A stretch of DNA of 64,000 bases. Source: Utricularia gibba (lineage: Eukaryota > Plantae > Magnoliophyta). Where the stretch lies: NCBI GenBank assembly GCA_002189035.1, contig NEEC01000008.1, forward strand, positions 1,674,001 to 1,738,000, read 5' to 3'. This document shows positions 42,900 through 54,903 of this stretch, piece by piece (the first letter of the stretch is position 1; every line of letters starts with the position of its first letter). Both the position numbers and the translations under genes were made by a program. The notes beneath the pieces are model-generated. The model searched no databases. It was not told where the DNA came from and was given only the letters and a program-made list of their open reading frames with translations.

Positions 42900-44591
42900 T
42901 TTTGTATCTAATGGTATGATACAAAGTGCTACTGCCATTTCCTTGGTCTTTTCATCGCCAACTGTTTTCTGGCATTATGACCGGTTCACGTTCTTGTTTG
43001 ATTTCTCTAGTGGTATGAATATTTTACCATGCAAAGCTTTTTCTTTACCCTATTTATCGTATGCTATAATCTTGATAGATCAACGCATGGTCAAAGAGCA
43101 AGCTTGTAAAATTATTCATACAACTCGAAAAGTAAAGGTTGTAACTTGGGTTATTGTATCTCCGTGAAATGAAGAGCATCCTTACATTAAAGTTAGGTAT
43201 AGTTCTGACAATGCCTGGTTATAATCTCATGTTTTGAACCTGCGTGATTGCCTCTGAAGCCCATCTTTACAATCTGCTGAAAGTAGTTTGGCACTTTCTT
43301 TGACACCAGATATCACTGTAGTGTAATCATCAGGCATTGCAGGGAACTGTCCCATCTACATTTGGTCTTCTTGTAGCTCTGCTCCTCGTTTCTTCAAGTT
43401 TGATATAATCCCTACTGTCGTCCCAACTATTTTTGATGATGTATTTCTGAGTCTTACGCCCACTTCTACTACTCGACCAGTTTTCTCGAGCAATGTCTCT
43501 GCTCGCTTGATATTTTCTTCAGCTGAAATTTGTCGTACACTTCCCGGCCATGTCACTGCTGCTTCACCTTCGTCCCTAAGCCCTTGTTTTTATCCTCTGC
43601 CTACTAAGAGGGATTACCGGCAGATTCAAAAAGCAGTATTTTAAAACAGAATAAAGAAACTCAAGGGAAGGATAATGCACTGAAAGCTCCCACACGTAGA
43701 AGAGTCTTCTTCCAGGGATCATAAGAACTTAGACCAATGACGCCATCACTCATGCTCCACGCCGAAATCTCGCCAAAACCACATTCCAACTCATTCCCAT
43801 TCACCGCGTTGCGTCGTACCCATGATACCACAACTTAAGCATCGCGGCGATGAGCCGCCGGAACCGCAAACCTGAAATTATACTTCCGTTGGCGGCAGAT
43901 GGCCAGTTGTGGTTGAGAGTTGACACGATGCCAGACATGGTAATTGATGCGAAGAATGCCGACAATAAGGTGGAGGATCGGAAAATATCTTGAAGATCAC
44001 GACCACATCAAGACAAGGGCTCGTCGGAGCCTCCGGAACCAGCAAACGGTCGACTTCAACAACCTACCCAGATCCATATTTCTTCCAAAAAAGAATGCCT
44101 CGTCTCTTTCCTGTTAGAGCGTGTCTAACGGTTTTCATGAAAATATACGTGTCAATTACGTTTAGTTTATTAGATTTCCGAAAATCATTGTACTAATGTA
44201 ATTTTGTTTCCGATTTCGTTGAATGGAATTTCCATTTATATTATGCACATCGATTAAACTGTACATAAAAAGAATGACACGTCAGATTTTCGAAAATGAT
44301 TTATATTACGAAAATCATTGTAAATAATATGAAAATTTAGTAATTAGATTTTGGGAAATATATTAAAAATGACTTGACATTCCAAATTTTCGAAAACCAG
44401 ATGCTGTTATAAATATTTTCCGAGCACGAGACAAAAGTCGTTCATAAATGGAGGAAGAATCGATAATTATGAATATTTGCCCTCGCGCCAATTTGCGGTG
44501 CCGTTTCTGGTTTTCGGTTGGCAACGCGTAACCACTCAACCGCCGTCCGGCTTGGCAGAAGAAATTATCCGGCAGGAGACGGACATCAAAA

Positions 44592-47398
44592 AGGGGAACT
44601 TCAGTTCAAGTGAAACCGTTGTGCGGTTTATACAATGAGAACCCTCTGTCGTTCTTTATTTCAATTGACGGGCTTATTTTTCTCATGGATTGCGGCTGGA
44701 ACGACCACTTTGATACCGCTATCTCGAGCCGGTTTCCAGGTATTGAGGAATTTTTTTGTTTGTTTAATATGTTTTCCTGGGCGTTGTTTGTCGATCTGGC
44801 CCCCTGGATGCTGTACTGCTATCTCATCCTGACATGCTTCATCTTGGAGCTTTTCCCTATGCCATGATCTGTTTTTGCAACTGAACTCTTTTACAGATTG
44901 GGCCTCCTGGTAATGTATGATCACTATTTATCTCAAAAGATGAGCTTTTACTCACTTTATTTCTGCTTAATCTCCATACTGGAACTCACAGCATGAACAT
45001 TCTTTGATCTCTAGATCATTTAAGTGTAATGTAGCTCTTATCCAGTTTGCCTGCCTGTATTTCTCATGGTTTACGTCCTAGCACACCATGTCTCGTTTTT
45101 TCATCCCTTTTTGTGCAATTTTGCAGCCCTTTTAGTGAAATCCTCTTTATTGCATTTGCAGAAAATATCAGACTTCGAACTGTTTACATTGGATGATATT
45201 GACAATGCCTTCCAAAATATTACGAGATTGACTTTCTCTCAGAAATATTTCATTTTTTTTTTGCACGGGCTTGTGAGCTTTTAATTCTCTAAGTATTGTC
45301 TTTTCTGTGGTGACTGAAAATGTGGGGTTTCTGGATTTCAAGTGAGATATGTTTTATGCCTTTGGCCGCACACATAAACTATTGATGCCTGACCAATAAT
45401 GTAAAATGCCTTTGATTCTCATAAATTTGTACTGCCGAAATAAAACTAGGAAAAGGAGAAGGGATTGTTATTGCTCCCCATGCAGCATGTAACCATTGAG
45501 GGAGTGTAATTTGGAAGATAAAAAAGGATGGAGAGGATGTTATATACGCTGTAGACTTCAACCACAGAAAAGAAAGGTGCTACATTGAATGCTTGCTTTC
45601 ACCCTGAAGTGGACTTATCATCACTTTTTGAAGCTTCTAGTCATGGCTTTTTTGAATTAGGCTTTTGAGTGGAACAGTTTTGGTAACTTTCGCCCAATGC
45701 AATGTTAACCAACCTCAAAGACGTAAAAGAGATCAGCCATTTTTTGGTAAAAAAAATGGTAAAAGCTGTTATTATGAAATTAACTTCCTTTATATTTTGT
45801 CTCAGGTCTATACTCTTAACTATGGGGTAGCAGCAGTGCTTTATAATCATAAAAAACATTCAAGGGAATACTCTTATTGAGTTTGTTTATAATATTTTTG
45901 GATGCTTCAGAATTTCTCCCCAAGCACTATAAGAAAGATGTTGCCTTTTATCTTGTTTGTGGAGGAGAACCTAATTTTTTTTTTGTCTATGGATTTAGAT
46001 ACTATCCTGAGAACGTTAAGAGCAGGTGGAAAGATTTTGATACCCGTAGATTCTACTGGTAATGTATTAAAGCTAATTTTGTTGTTGGGGCAGGTGATAT
46101 CAATTATGTATCATTATCATTTTGATTTAGATTCTTGTCTACTAACTGCTGATGACTGTAAAATTGCATTCTAGACGCACCTCAATATGAGCTATCCCAT
46201 CTATATTCTGGCATACGTTTCCTTGAGCACAATCAATTATGGAAAATGTTATGCCATTTCTTTTCCTGTTGCTCATACATATGAATATGCCTTGTGCTGA
46301 AATTTCAGAAACGTCACCCTGTTAGTTAAGAAGAGTGAGCTTGTCAAAGTTCCTGATGGGCCGGAGGTTTATTCACAATGGCTGCGATAGTTTCTTAATT
46401 CCAGATCTTCGTAGAGTATTCTTTGGCCTCCATGGACTTCAGGGTCGTTCGGATGGTAATTCAATTAAAAAGATCCTCTGCCATGTTTCGCCATTGTAGC
46501 TTGTAAGGAATTCCATGGACTCTTGTGACATTTATACATTTTCGGTGTCACGAACTCAGTCTGCGAATATTATTTCCTTCCTTGTCCCATTCCTTTTAGC
46601 CATGATCTCTTAGTCTCATGTTTTTCCGCTAATCTCATTTGTTTTCATTATGCTTCTCTGTTTGGTAAACAGATCAGCAGAGGCCACTGAACATTTGAAG
46701 CAGCAGTGATTAAAGAATGGTTGTCAGCACCTCAATGCAAACATGGCATGATTCTCATGACTGTTCCGTTAGAACTTCTTGATTCACCAGCCAAACCCCA
46801 TCACAGCTTTTGTTGTGCTGGTTCAACTTTCTGAGAAACTGATGACCAGTGTTCTGTTTAAGAAGCTAGACGCTTCTCTTGTGAACAGGCCTTGATCTGT
46901 CTTCTCTTGTGTTTAGGATCCTGGGTACGCAGATGCTTTAACTGAGTTCACCACTAGGCAGGGGTGTGATCATGTCGGAAATTTCGCTCTTACTGAAGTT
47001 TCTTATGTAGCAGCTTGGATCGATGCCGAAGTAGAAAACATGGAAAATGACACATTGTCTCCACCCTCCCTTTCGACTCCACCTCCACCTCCACCTCCAC
47101 CACACAGACAGTTCTGGTGGGGGATGCAAGATGGCTGATTTCAAGAAATATCTGGAGTGCAGGTGCATCTCCCCTTAACGCACTCCTCAAATGCATGAAA
47201 CCTGTGATCCGCTAAAATCTGCCAGATTCTCAGGTGGAATTCGTTAACGGCGCACTTCGCTGCGGCGGCCGGACTCAGAAAGCAGTCCTTGAAGGTCCGA
47301 GAAGCACTACCATCCGCGAACACTTGACCCGGCAGCTCCTGGACGGTCCCGACGACCATTGCCGAAATCCCTCTGTCCAATTCCTTCCATCACGGTGA
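44592..47398 (+). pseudogene. CPSF100: Unprocessed pseudogene of cleavage and polyadenylation specificity factor 100 kDa subunit
   Basis: Colinear exon remnants [89 protein letters not shown] and VEFVNGALRCG. The start codon reads AGG; there are frameshifts, stops (TGA 45497, TAG 46497) and large deletions. Confidence 0.92.
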
Positions 47399-48195
47399 AT
47401 TGATACACAGGAGCTCAGCCTTCAAAAAAGTAATGCGCATCAACATGATTGTACATGCCATTTGCTGTTTCAGGTTTAATCGCGCCGGTGAAGAAGCACA
47501 GTGCAACCGCAGATCGTACATGAGGGTGGGTCTCCCCCTGTCCAAGAAGACGCAGCTCACGAGCCCTTGTTTGCCCCACCCACTGCAACCGCTGCGGCAT
47601 GGTCTTCGTCTTGGACCCCAAGAAGCAATACTTTCCAAGTTGGCGATCAGACACGCGTGTGGTGCTCCGAGGTACAGCCAAGGGCCGTAAGAGGGACGGG
47701 CAGTCAATTCACCCACAGGATAGACGGATAAGATCCCCTCCCTCATTGGATGAGCAAGACGCCGCAGTGATCGTCTGTCTCTTTCCCTGCTACCCGACAA
47801 CCCTAAACGGAAACCCTAACACCCACCCCCTCTTCACCACCAAACAAGAGACGACGATGATGATGTGGGTGATGAGAATTTACCCTCCAAATTGAATAAA
47901 GTCTGTATTTTCCTCATTCTCCGGCGAAATTGAAGGGGCCCGTCGTTGCCATCCAGACCCCCAAAATCACTCCATTACTAGGTTTTCACAGCTCCGGCAA
48001 TAATTAGTTCAGTTGTCAATGGCACCACCGCAACTGCCTGCCGGATGCGGTGGGTCTCCTTCAGTAGCGTAGCGCTTTAATGCTCCTTGTTTTATTCACC
48101 ATTTGCTTGTATAATGATGATGTGTGCGCATTCTTTCTTTCTTCATAACAAATGAAGAAAAGGAATAGGAAACAAATGAAGTGTGACGCAACAAG

Positions 48196-49326
48196 CTATA
48201 CCAATTCCCGTCTCCTCTCGCCTTGGTACACCTGCAAGACGCCGTTGGAGCTTCCGGCCACCATCGTGCACCCTCCCCCGCCGCTCTGCCGCCAGCACAC
48301 GCCGCCTACGAAGCCGGGGTTGGATCTCGTCGTCGGGGCGGCGGATCCGAATCCGTGTACCCAAATGGGGTCCCCCCACTTCTGGTCGTACACGAAGACG
48401 TGGTTGTTTTCTGAGCCACAGCACAGTAAACCGCCGTGTCTCCACACAGATAGCCCCACGAATCTCAGGCTATTGGCGTGTCCCTTGTATGTCCTCACGA
48501 GGCGCCCCTGCGCCTCCGGCCGCCACATTTTTAGGCACCCGTCGATCGAGGACGAAACAATGGTTCTGGAATCCAGGAATTTCGCGTATGTCACGGCCTT
48601 TTCGTGGCCATCCAGGGTGAAAGCCGGCGCTGCCGTTGACCGCATATCGTAGCCGTAGATTTTCCGATCCGCGCATCCGACGGCTATCACGTGTTCATCG
48701 AACGGGTTGAATTCCACGGAGCAAACCGGACTCCCGGAGTGGGTGTCCGGCTGGACAATCGCCACCGTGCTCCCTGGATCGCACCGTGAATCCCATAACT
48801 GCATGGTGCCGTCCTCGGAGCCCGACGCGCCGATGGCCGCGGAACCCCCATGTGAGTAATCGATTGTGAACACGCGCCGCCCGCCGTGCTCGTCGCGCTC
48901 GTAGGCTGGCACGTGCTTCTCAAGATCGTACTCCGTGATGACGCCGTCATAGTCCCCTGCTCCGACGATCTGGGAACCAGTCCCCGGCTTCCATCTCAGA
49001 CTACTCAACTTCGCCGGCGTGCACATATAGAACGAGCAAGCGTCACCGTGGTCCAGCATCGCCGTGCCCGACCCCGATTCACCCACCATTTTGCCCACAG
49101 CATAGATTCTGATTTTCCGGGCGATTCCTCCGGTGGCTAAAAGATTCTCCGTCTGGTCAAACTCCACCACTCCAATCGCATCGGAACCTGCCCCACATGC
49201 CGGCGACGACACCACAGCAGCGAGACTGAAATCCCACTCGTACCGGATCCCGTCCTCCTCCACATTCCCCCGCCGTGGTTCTGAGCTCCGACCAGAAAAT
49301 TGAAGTAAATGACCATTATCTCCCAT
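48196..49326 (-). CDS. RUP: WD40-only protein RUP (repressor of UV-B photomorphogenesis) type; exact N-terminus uncertain
   Basis: YEWDFSLAAVVSS, IGVVEFD, ATGGIARKIR, PAKLSSLRWKP, GDYDGVITEYDL, LCCGSENNHVFVYD; COP1/SPA-like WD40 with no RING or kinase domain. Confidence 0.93.
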   Translation of the reverse strand: MGDNGHLLQFSGRSSEPRRGNVEEDGIRYEWDFSLAAVVSSPACGAGSDAIGVVEFDQTENLLATGGIARKIRIYAVGKMVGESGSGTAMLDHGDACSFYMCTPAKLSSLRWKPGTGSQIVGAGDYDGVITEYDLEKHVPAYERDEHGGRRVFTIDYSHGGSAAIGASGSEDGTMQLWDSRCDPGSTVAIVQPDTHSGSPVCSVEFNPFDEHVIAVGCADRKIYGYDMRSTAAPAFTLDGHEKAVTYAKFLDSRTIVSSSIDGCLKMWRPEAQGRLVRTYKGHANSLRFVGLSVWRHGGLLCCGSENNHVFVYDQKWGDPIWVHGFGSAAPTTRSNPGFVGGVCWRQSGGGGCTMVAGSSNGVLQVYQGERRRELV

Positions 49327-49623
49327 TCAATAAAAAAACAAAAAAAAAAAACCTTATTGACGCCGACTTCCAAAAACACAACGCATTTCGTTTCAAATGA
49401 GGCCTATTTATCCCCACCCTACACCTAATTCTCAAATCAAACACATTTTCCTCATTTTTCTTAAAAAAGGAAAAACACTCTCCTTAATCTGTTTGCAAGG
49501 GCAAGAAAGTAAATATACCTATCACACACATGAAGCCGTGGCTGAGTCGCGGCGGCGGCAGCTTATTCACAACGGCCCAAGTTTGACGGAGCGCAGCTAG
49601 AAGCCGGGAGGAAGCGCGGTGGA

Positions 49624-49682
49624 TATATAGAACGAGTGGTCAGATCCACAGGAGATGTGGCCATCCGATGGTGGTGACGTGG
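49624..49682 (-). promoter_or_regulatory. TATA plus CCACGTCA (C/G-box, HY5-type ACGT element) in the RUP promoter
   Basis: TATATA on the minus strand at about 49624-49629 and TGACGTGG at 49675-49682. RUP genes are known HY5/UV-B targets. Confidence 0.55.
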
Positions 49683-49721
49683 CTCCTTCTAAGCCTCCAC
49701 AATGCCGGCCCGGCCCCCACA

Positions 49722-49746
49722 CCCCCCTCCCCCCCCCCCCCCCCCC
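49722..49746. repeat. Poly-C tract (C6-T-C18)
   Basis: Direct sequence. Confidence 0.9.
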
Positions 49747-49949
49747 GGTCTCCTTGATGTGGAGGAGGAACTACTAGTGTTTCAAATCATAGGTTACACT
49801 CACAAAAAATAAACACACAATAATGCAGATGTGAAGAAGATATTTATATAGTTTATAGATGAAATTCTTCTATGCTAATTACGACCATGGAGTACGTATT
49901 ATAATTCGAAATAGATAATAAATGATTCGGATATGAGTAAAAACTATAA

Positions 49950-50217
49950 GGTCATGTTTGATAGCAGGTTTGAAATAATAGAGTTAGAATTACTAAGGTT
50001 TATAATTGTGTTTAAATTTATCACTCTTTAAATAAAAATTAGTTTGATAGTAACGTTTATTTAAATCCTGAATTCATAATGTGAATTATTTAGTAGTAAA
50101 CATTCTATTTATTTTAAACATACAAGGAGAGTGGGTTTAATTCAAATCCAATAAGTACAGAAAAATGGTGTTTAGTTTAAACTTGGATTTAAATTTATCT
50201 CTTTTACCAAACATGGA
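49950..50217. mobile_element. Tourist/PIF-Harbinger-like MITE (second family)
   Basis: TAA|GGTCATGTTTGAT ... ACCAAACATGGA|TAA. A similar solo end, TAA|GCCCATGTTTGATAA, occurs at about 20409. Confidence 0.55.
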
Positions 50218-51541
50218 TAATATTAAACACAACCTAATAAAACCAAGCTAAACATCCCTACCAACACACCTCCTAAGAATTGATTATGAATGAGAAACTT
50301 TGCCATCCCAAATAACAAGATTTATAGTATAATATACATAAAAATAACATATTTTTCACAAAATTTTATAGCATTTCTATTCGAAACCAATTAAGAACGA
50401 GTCTCGTAATCGTTTTTCTATTCCTAATCCATTTCGGGTAAGAACCGATTACACGAATATTTAATTGGGTTCGATTCTAATTCTTGTCGATACCGGTTAA
50501 ACCCCATCCACTACGAGCCAATTGACCCTGAATCAAATGCCAAAGAGGGAAAAAAAATATCATGGATCATGTTGCATATAAGTGCCCACGTAGGCCACTC
50601 TTAATAGCCGCACTTGTGGTAGCTCATGGCATCCCTACATGATCCATACTGCTTTTTCTTTAAGGTATACATTATTCATTTTGGATTAAAATAAAACATC
50701 AAGATACAAGCGTATGATTGAAATGAGTTTTGCGAAGAATGCCTTTGTGTGATTTTACATCTTGAAAAGTACTTCTTAAAAAATAATTTGAGATAAATGC
50801 AAAAAAAAAAAAAAATGAGAATTTGAATTATTTTTTTAAAAAAACAATATATTACTTATTCTTTTTGAAATGAAAATCATATTTGTTTAAAATATTGTTG
50901 CATAAAGCTTCTTTAGTCGCGAATAGTGTTAATGTCTTTTTTTATGGACAAGTGGTTGAATTTCATAATGCAAAATAATAATAAAATATGTATTGTTTCT
51001 CTCACATGGACCAATTTTTGCAAAAGTAATTTGGGGCTTGTACTGTAAAGTAAATTTTAAAAGTAATTCTGTTTAATTTTTTTCGATTTCAATCGTATTA
51101 TGTAATATTAGAAAATAAAAAAATTAATTAATTTAAAAATTATTATATTTATTATATTTCTATTTCATGAATTAAATAGGAAACTTAATTAGAAAAATAA
51201 TATTATTTAATTTAGTTACATTTTCAAATGTATTTATATTATCAAATTAAATTATATAATATTTTAATAGTTATCTATTAATTAAATTTTAAAATGATTT
51301 TTTCATTTTTTAAATTTTATTTAGACAGAAATCAGGGTGATGATGTGGGCCTGTAAAGATATTAGGCCCAATTCGTACAGATATTTGGTGGTGGGCAGTG
51401 GGTCTCGTGGTCCAAAGCGGTGCGGCCTTCTTTTGTGTGGAAGCACGGAAGCAGCTTCTCAACTTGGTGTTGTTAAGGGTTGGTTCCTCGGGATTCATCG
51501 CCACCCTTTCTTGATTGTACGTACGATTCAGGAAGGGGAAA

Positions 51542-52778
51542 ATGGTGCTGAAATTGTGGGAGGCTGTGAAGGAATCCATCACGGCGTACACGGGGCTGTC
51601 TCCGGCTACCTTCTTCACGTTTCTCGTGCTGGGACTTACGCTTTACTATGTGCTCTCCAACTTGTTCGCTTCTTCGGGTGATGCCCACAGTCATCGAAGG
51701 TCAGTCGACGCGGGTGAATCGGTGCAACCGCTTCCTCCGCCTGTCAACGTCGGTGAGATCACGGCTGACGAACTGAAGGAGTATGACGGGTCTGACCCGA
51801 AGAAGCCTTTGCTCATGGCGATTAAGGGTCAGATCTACGACGTTTCGCAGAGCAGGTGTAGTTTCTCTACCGATTGCGTGGTGTTGCGCTTAGGATTGTC
51901 TATCTTTTTTGTCATTTTGGGTTTTTGTAGGTGATGTGGTCACTGAATTTTAGTAAAATAGGCTCCTTTACCAGTGCAAAAAGTGAGGAATTTGAATCTG
52001 TCAAGGTTTCTTTTGTGTGCTTTTTGACAGTGATTCTTTCTGTGTATCCCGCATTTGCATATCAAATTTCATTTGCTTTAGCCTGCTTAAAGTGGTCATG
52101 CTTTTTAATGTTGCGTCAAGTGGAAACTGATTGATTGTTCTAAATGAGTCCTTGGGTTAGTTTAGGAACTGGGCCTTGAGATTTTGTTTTGAATCATTGA
52201 TTTGCAGGATGTTCTATGGGCCTGGAGGACCATACGCCTTGTTTGCCGGGAAGGATGCTAGCAGAGCTCTGGCTAAGATGTCATTTGAGGATAAAGATCT
52301 GAATGGCGATCTCACTGGCCTTGGCATTTTTGAGCTTGAGGCTCTACAAGATTGGGAATATAAGTTCATGAGCAAGTATGTGAAGGTGGGAACTGTCAAG
52401 GCATCTGTACCTACAGCCGACGCTGTTTCTAATCCTAAAGAGGGTTCTGAAGGCTCCGGTTCCAAAGCTGAAGAAGCTTCTCAGGTTGATGAAGCCAAGC
52501 CCAGAGAAATCGCTGAAAATGGAGGTGCCAAACCTGTAGAGGCCCCTGAATCTAGTGAAACTGAAAAGCATAACAAGCTGCTCTCGGAAAACAGTCCTAC
52601 CCAGCCCGTGGATATCTCTGAAAGTGCTGATGCTACAAAACCCAGAGAAATTGGTGAAACTGATGTTCTAAAGGATCAACAAAACGTGATCATTAAGCCT
52701 TCAGAAGCCTCTGAAATTGCTGATGCAGATGCAGTGAGGCACCCGGAGAACCAGGGAGACCACAAGGAAAAGGAATAG
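51542..52778 (+). CDS. MSBP: Membrane steroid-binding protein (cytochrome b5-like MAPR), 2 exons, long acidic tail
   Basis: WEAVKESITAYTGLSPATFFT, DGSDPKKPLLMAIKGQIYDVSQS-R|MFYGPGGPYALFAGKDASRALAKM, DWEYKFMSKYVKVG. Confidence 0.96.
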
Positions 52779-54903
52779 AGGATCATGAGCAAAAGGGTAT
52801 GGTTTCTATGAAGAAAGTGCAATAAAGGGTTGGTGTCTAGTTCACTTCTGCACTCTTTATGTATTGAAGAAGCTTGATCCTGGATGCTAAGCGGCTTTCC
52901 AACAGTTACTTACAGCCCATGTACGCACCTGTGTATGCATGAACGCCAGTCGCTATATATATAAAATATCGGTTTAGAGCTGCTTCAATGGCGGACGCGT
53001 CATGTTGAGGGGTGTAAGGAGTGTCAAACGGCTGAATAGAATCTTCCAGAAGTGTTTGCGATAAATCCATAATTATCCTTATAAGAAATCTCTTATGTTA
53101 TACGTAATTTAAATTAAAATAAATGTTGACTATTTTGTTTAAAGATAATATTTGATTTGAATTAAATTACTTTTACATGAAATTATTTTAATTTCATCAA
53201 TTAACGTACTAATCATATTTAAGGAATGCACTAATCAATTCCATCAATCAGCGGGTCAATTAGAAATCTAGTCATATCCTTTTCAATATATGAGAAAATT
53301 GACTAGCCGTAATGTAAGAATTTTAACTACTTATATGAGATAAATTGTATGAACATTTTTTAAATGAATTTCAAATTGTTTAAATAATCACGCCGACAAT
53401 TACACATTTGAGGGAGTTTTGTACCCTTATTTTATAACTATTTTATTTATTTATTTTTTCAGTTTTGAGAAATAACATATATAAACAAGTATTATTATTT
53501 TGTAACATTAATAAAAAATTTTATATGTAATATTTATTTTCGAATTTTTGAGCACGTGGAGCTTTTTCATTGGTGTGAAGGTATTTGAAGAACTTGGGCT
53601 TTGAGGCTGGTTGCCTTTTGCGGCCCATTATGTTTCTGGAAGGTTGACGCTATGAGGGTTTTAGTGGAAGACACTGGGCTTGTTAGCATTGGATCTCTTT
53701 CTTTGTTTCTGCATCAAGTTTCAGCATGCGATTTGGAGAAGTGAAGCCAATTTGTTTTTGAAATTGCAATGACTTGGAGTCCTGCCAGACCTCAAAGTGG
53801 CTTTTGGGATTGATCATTCTGATTCTGAATCCCCTGGATATTTGTTAAGCGAAGAATGGGGCTGCCTTTTTCGATTTAGAAAAGGAACATGAAAAAGGTG
53901 AGGGAAGCTTTTATCAATCGATTGGAGAATCAGGATATTGCCTTTGAATGATGGATAGATCCAATGTGCAACCTAAAGTTCTGGTGCTCTTGTTTTTGGA
54001 ATAAAGTGATTTGAGCTGCTTTCACTCCAACTAGCATCAAATCCTGCTTCCCTTTTATTCACTACTCTGGAGTCTGGTGGGGCTGGGTTGTTTTCTACCA
54101 GGACTTTAGTTCCAGTAAATTGGAACATTCTTGTCATTATGTTTGTTGTCTGAAATGCTGTATAATGGAATGCAAATGAATATACAGCAGCCAGTTGCAC
54201 TGTGATACATCCTTTTCTGATTGCCTGGTGGAATAATCTTCTTTGTGCACTTCAATCATTGTTGCATCTACTCATTTGCATTCAGAAAAGCATTATTTGA
54301 TAAACTATGAATTGTTGCATCTCTTCTCTTCTATATTTTACACGCTTTAACCCATGTGTGGAATCTTGTAAACAGAGATTAAAAAAGTTCAGCCAAAACT
54401 CATCCGGAACAGTTCAATAGAACTGTTCTTGGGAGATCAAATTCACTAGAAGCGGTGATGGAAGTCTTCTTCTACCAGTTGATGATTTATGAACTCATCA
54501 TCACATGTTTGATATTGTCGAGCTAACTCTTGATTTGTAGCTTTCTTGTTTTCTGGATCTTCGTACAGAGTTGAAGTGGATGAGTTGTAACCCTTTATCG
54601 AGGCCTTTTACAGCATCTGAGTGAAACCAACAATTGCTTTGGGATTTTTACAGTGACCACGAGGTAAAAATGCTTTTGAAGGTGGGGAAGGTTCTGCCTT
54701 TGCCATGAAATGAGACACAAGATAAGAGCACGGAAACCAAGAATGCAGAGAATTCCATTTACTTCACTTGGTGATTAACTTGCTTGCTTCGAGTACAAGG
54801 ATTGAGCGATGAGCAATTAAGTGGTGTGCCTCAGCATATTCACAAAAGAAAGATGATGAAACACAGAGAACAATTCTGAGCTTTTGTAGCAATGGAGCCA
54901 TTT

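Noticed and set aside
43390-43460. KYIIKNSW...YIKL resembling a papain-family C-terminus
   Set aside because: The flanking catalytic His/VGYG context is absent; most likely chance.
47141-47800. Minus-strand ORFs 47390-47800 and 47141-47380 separated by a single TGA (apparent read-through)
   Set aside because: The 47141-47380 ORF is the antisense shadow of the last CPSF100 exon remnants, and neither resembles a known protein.
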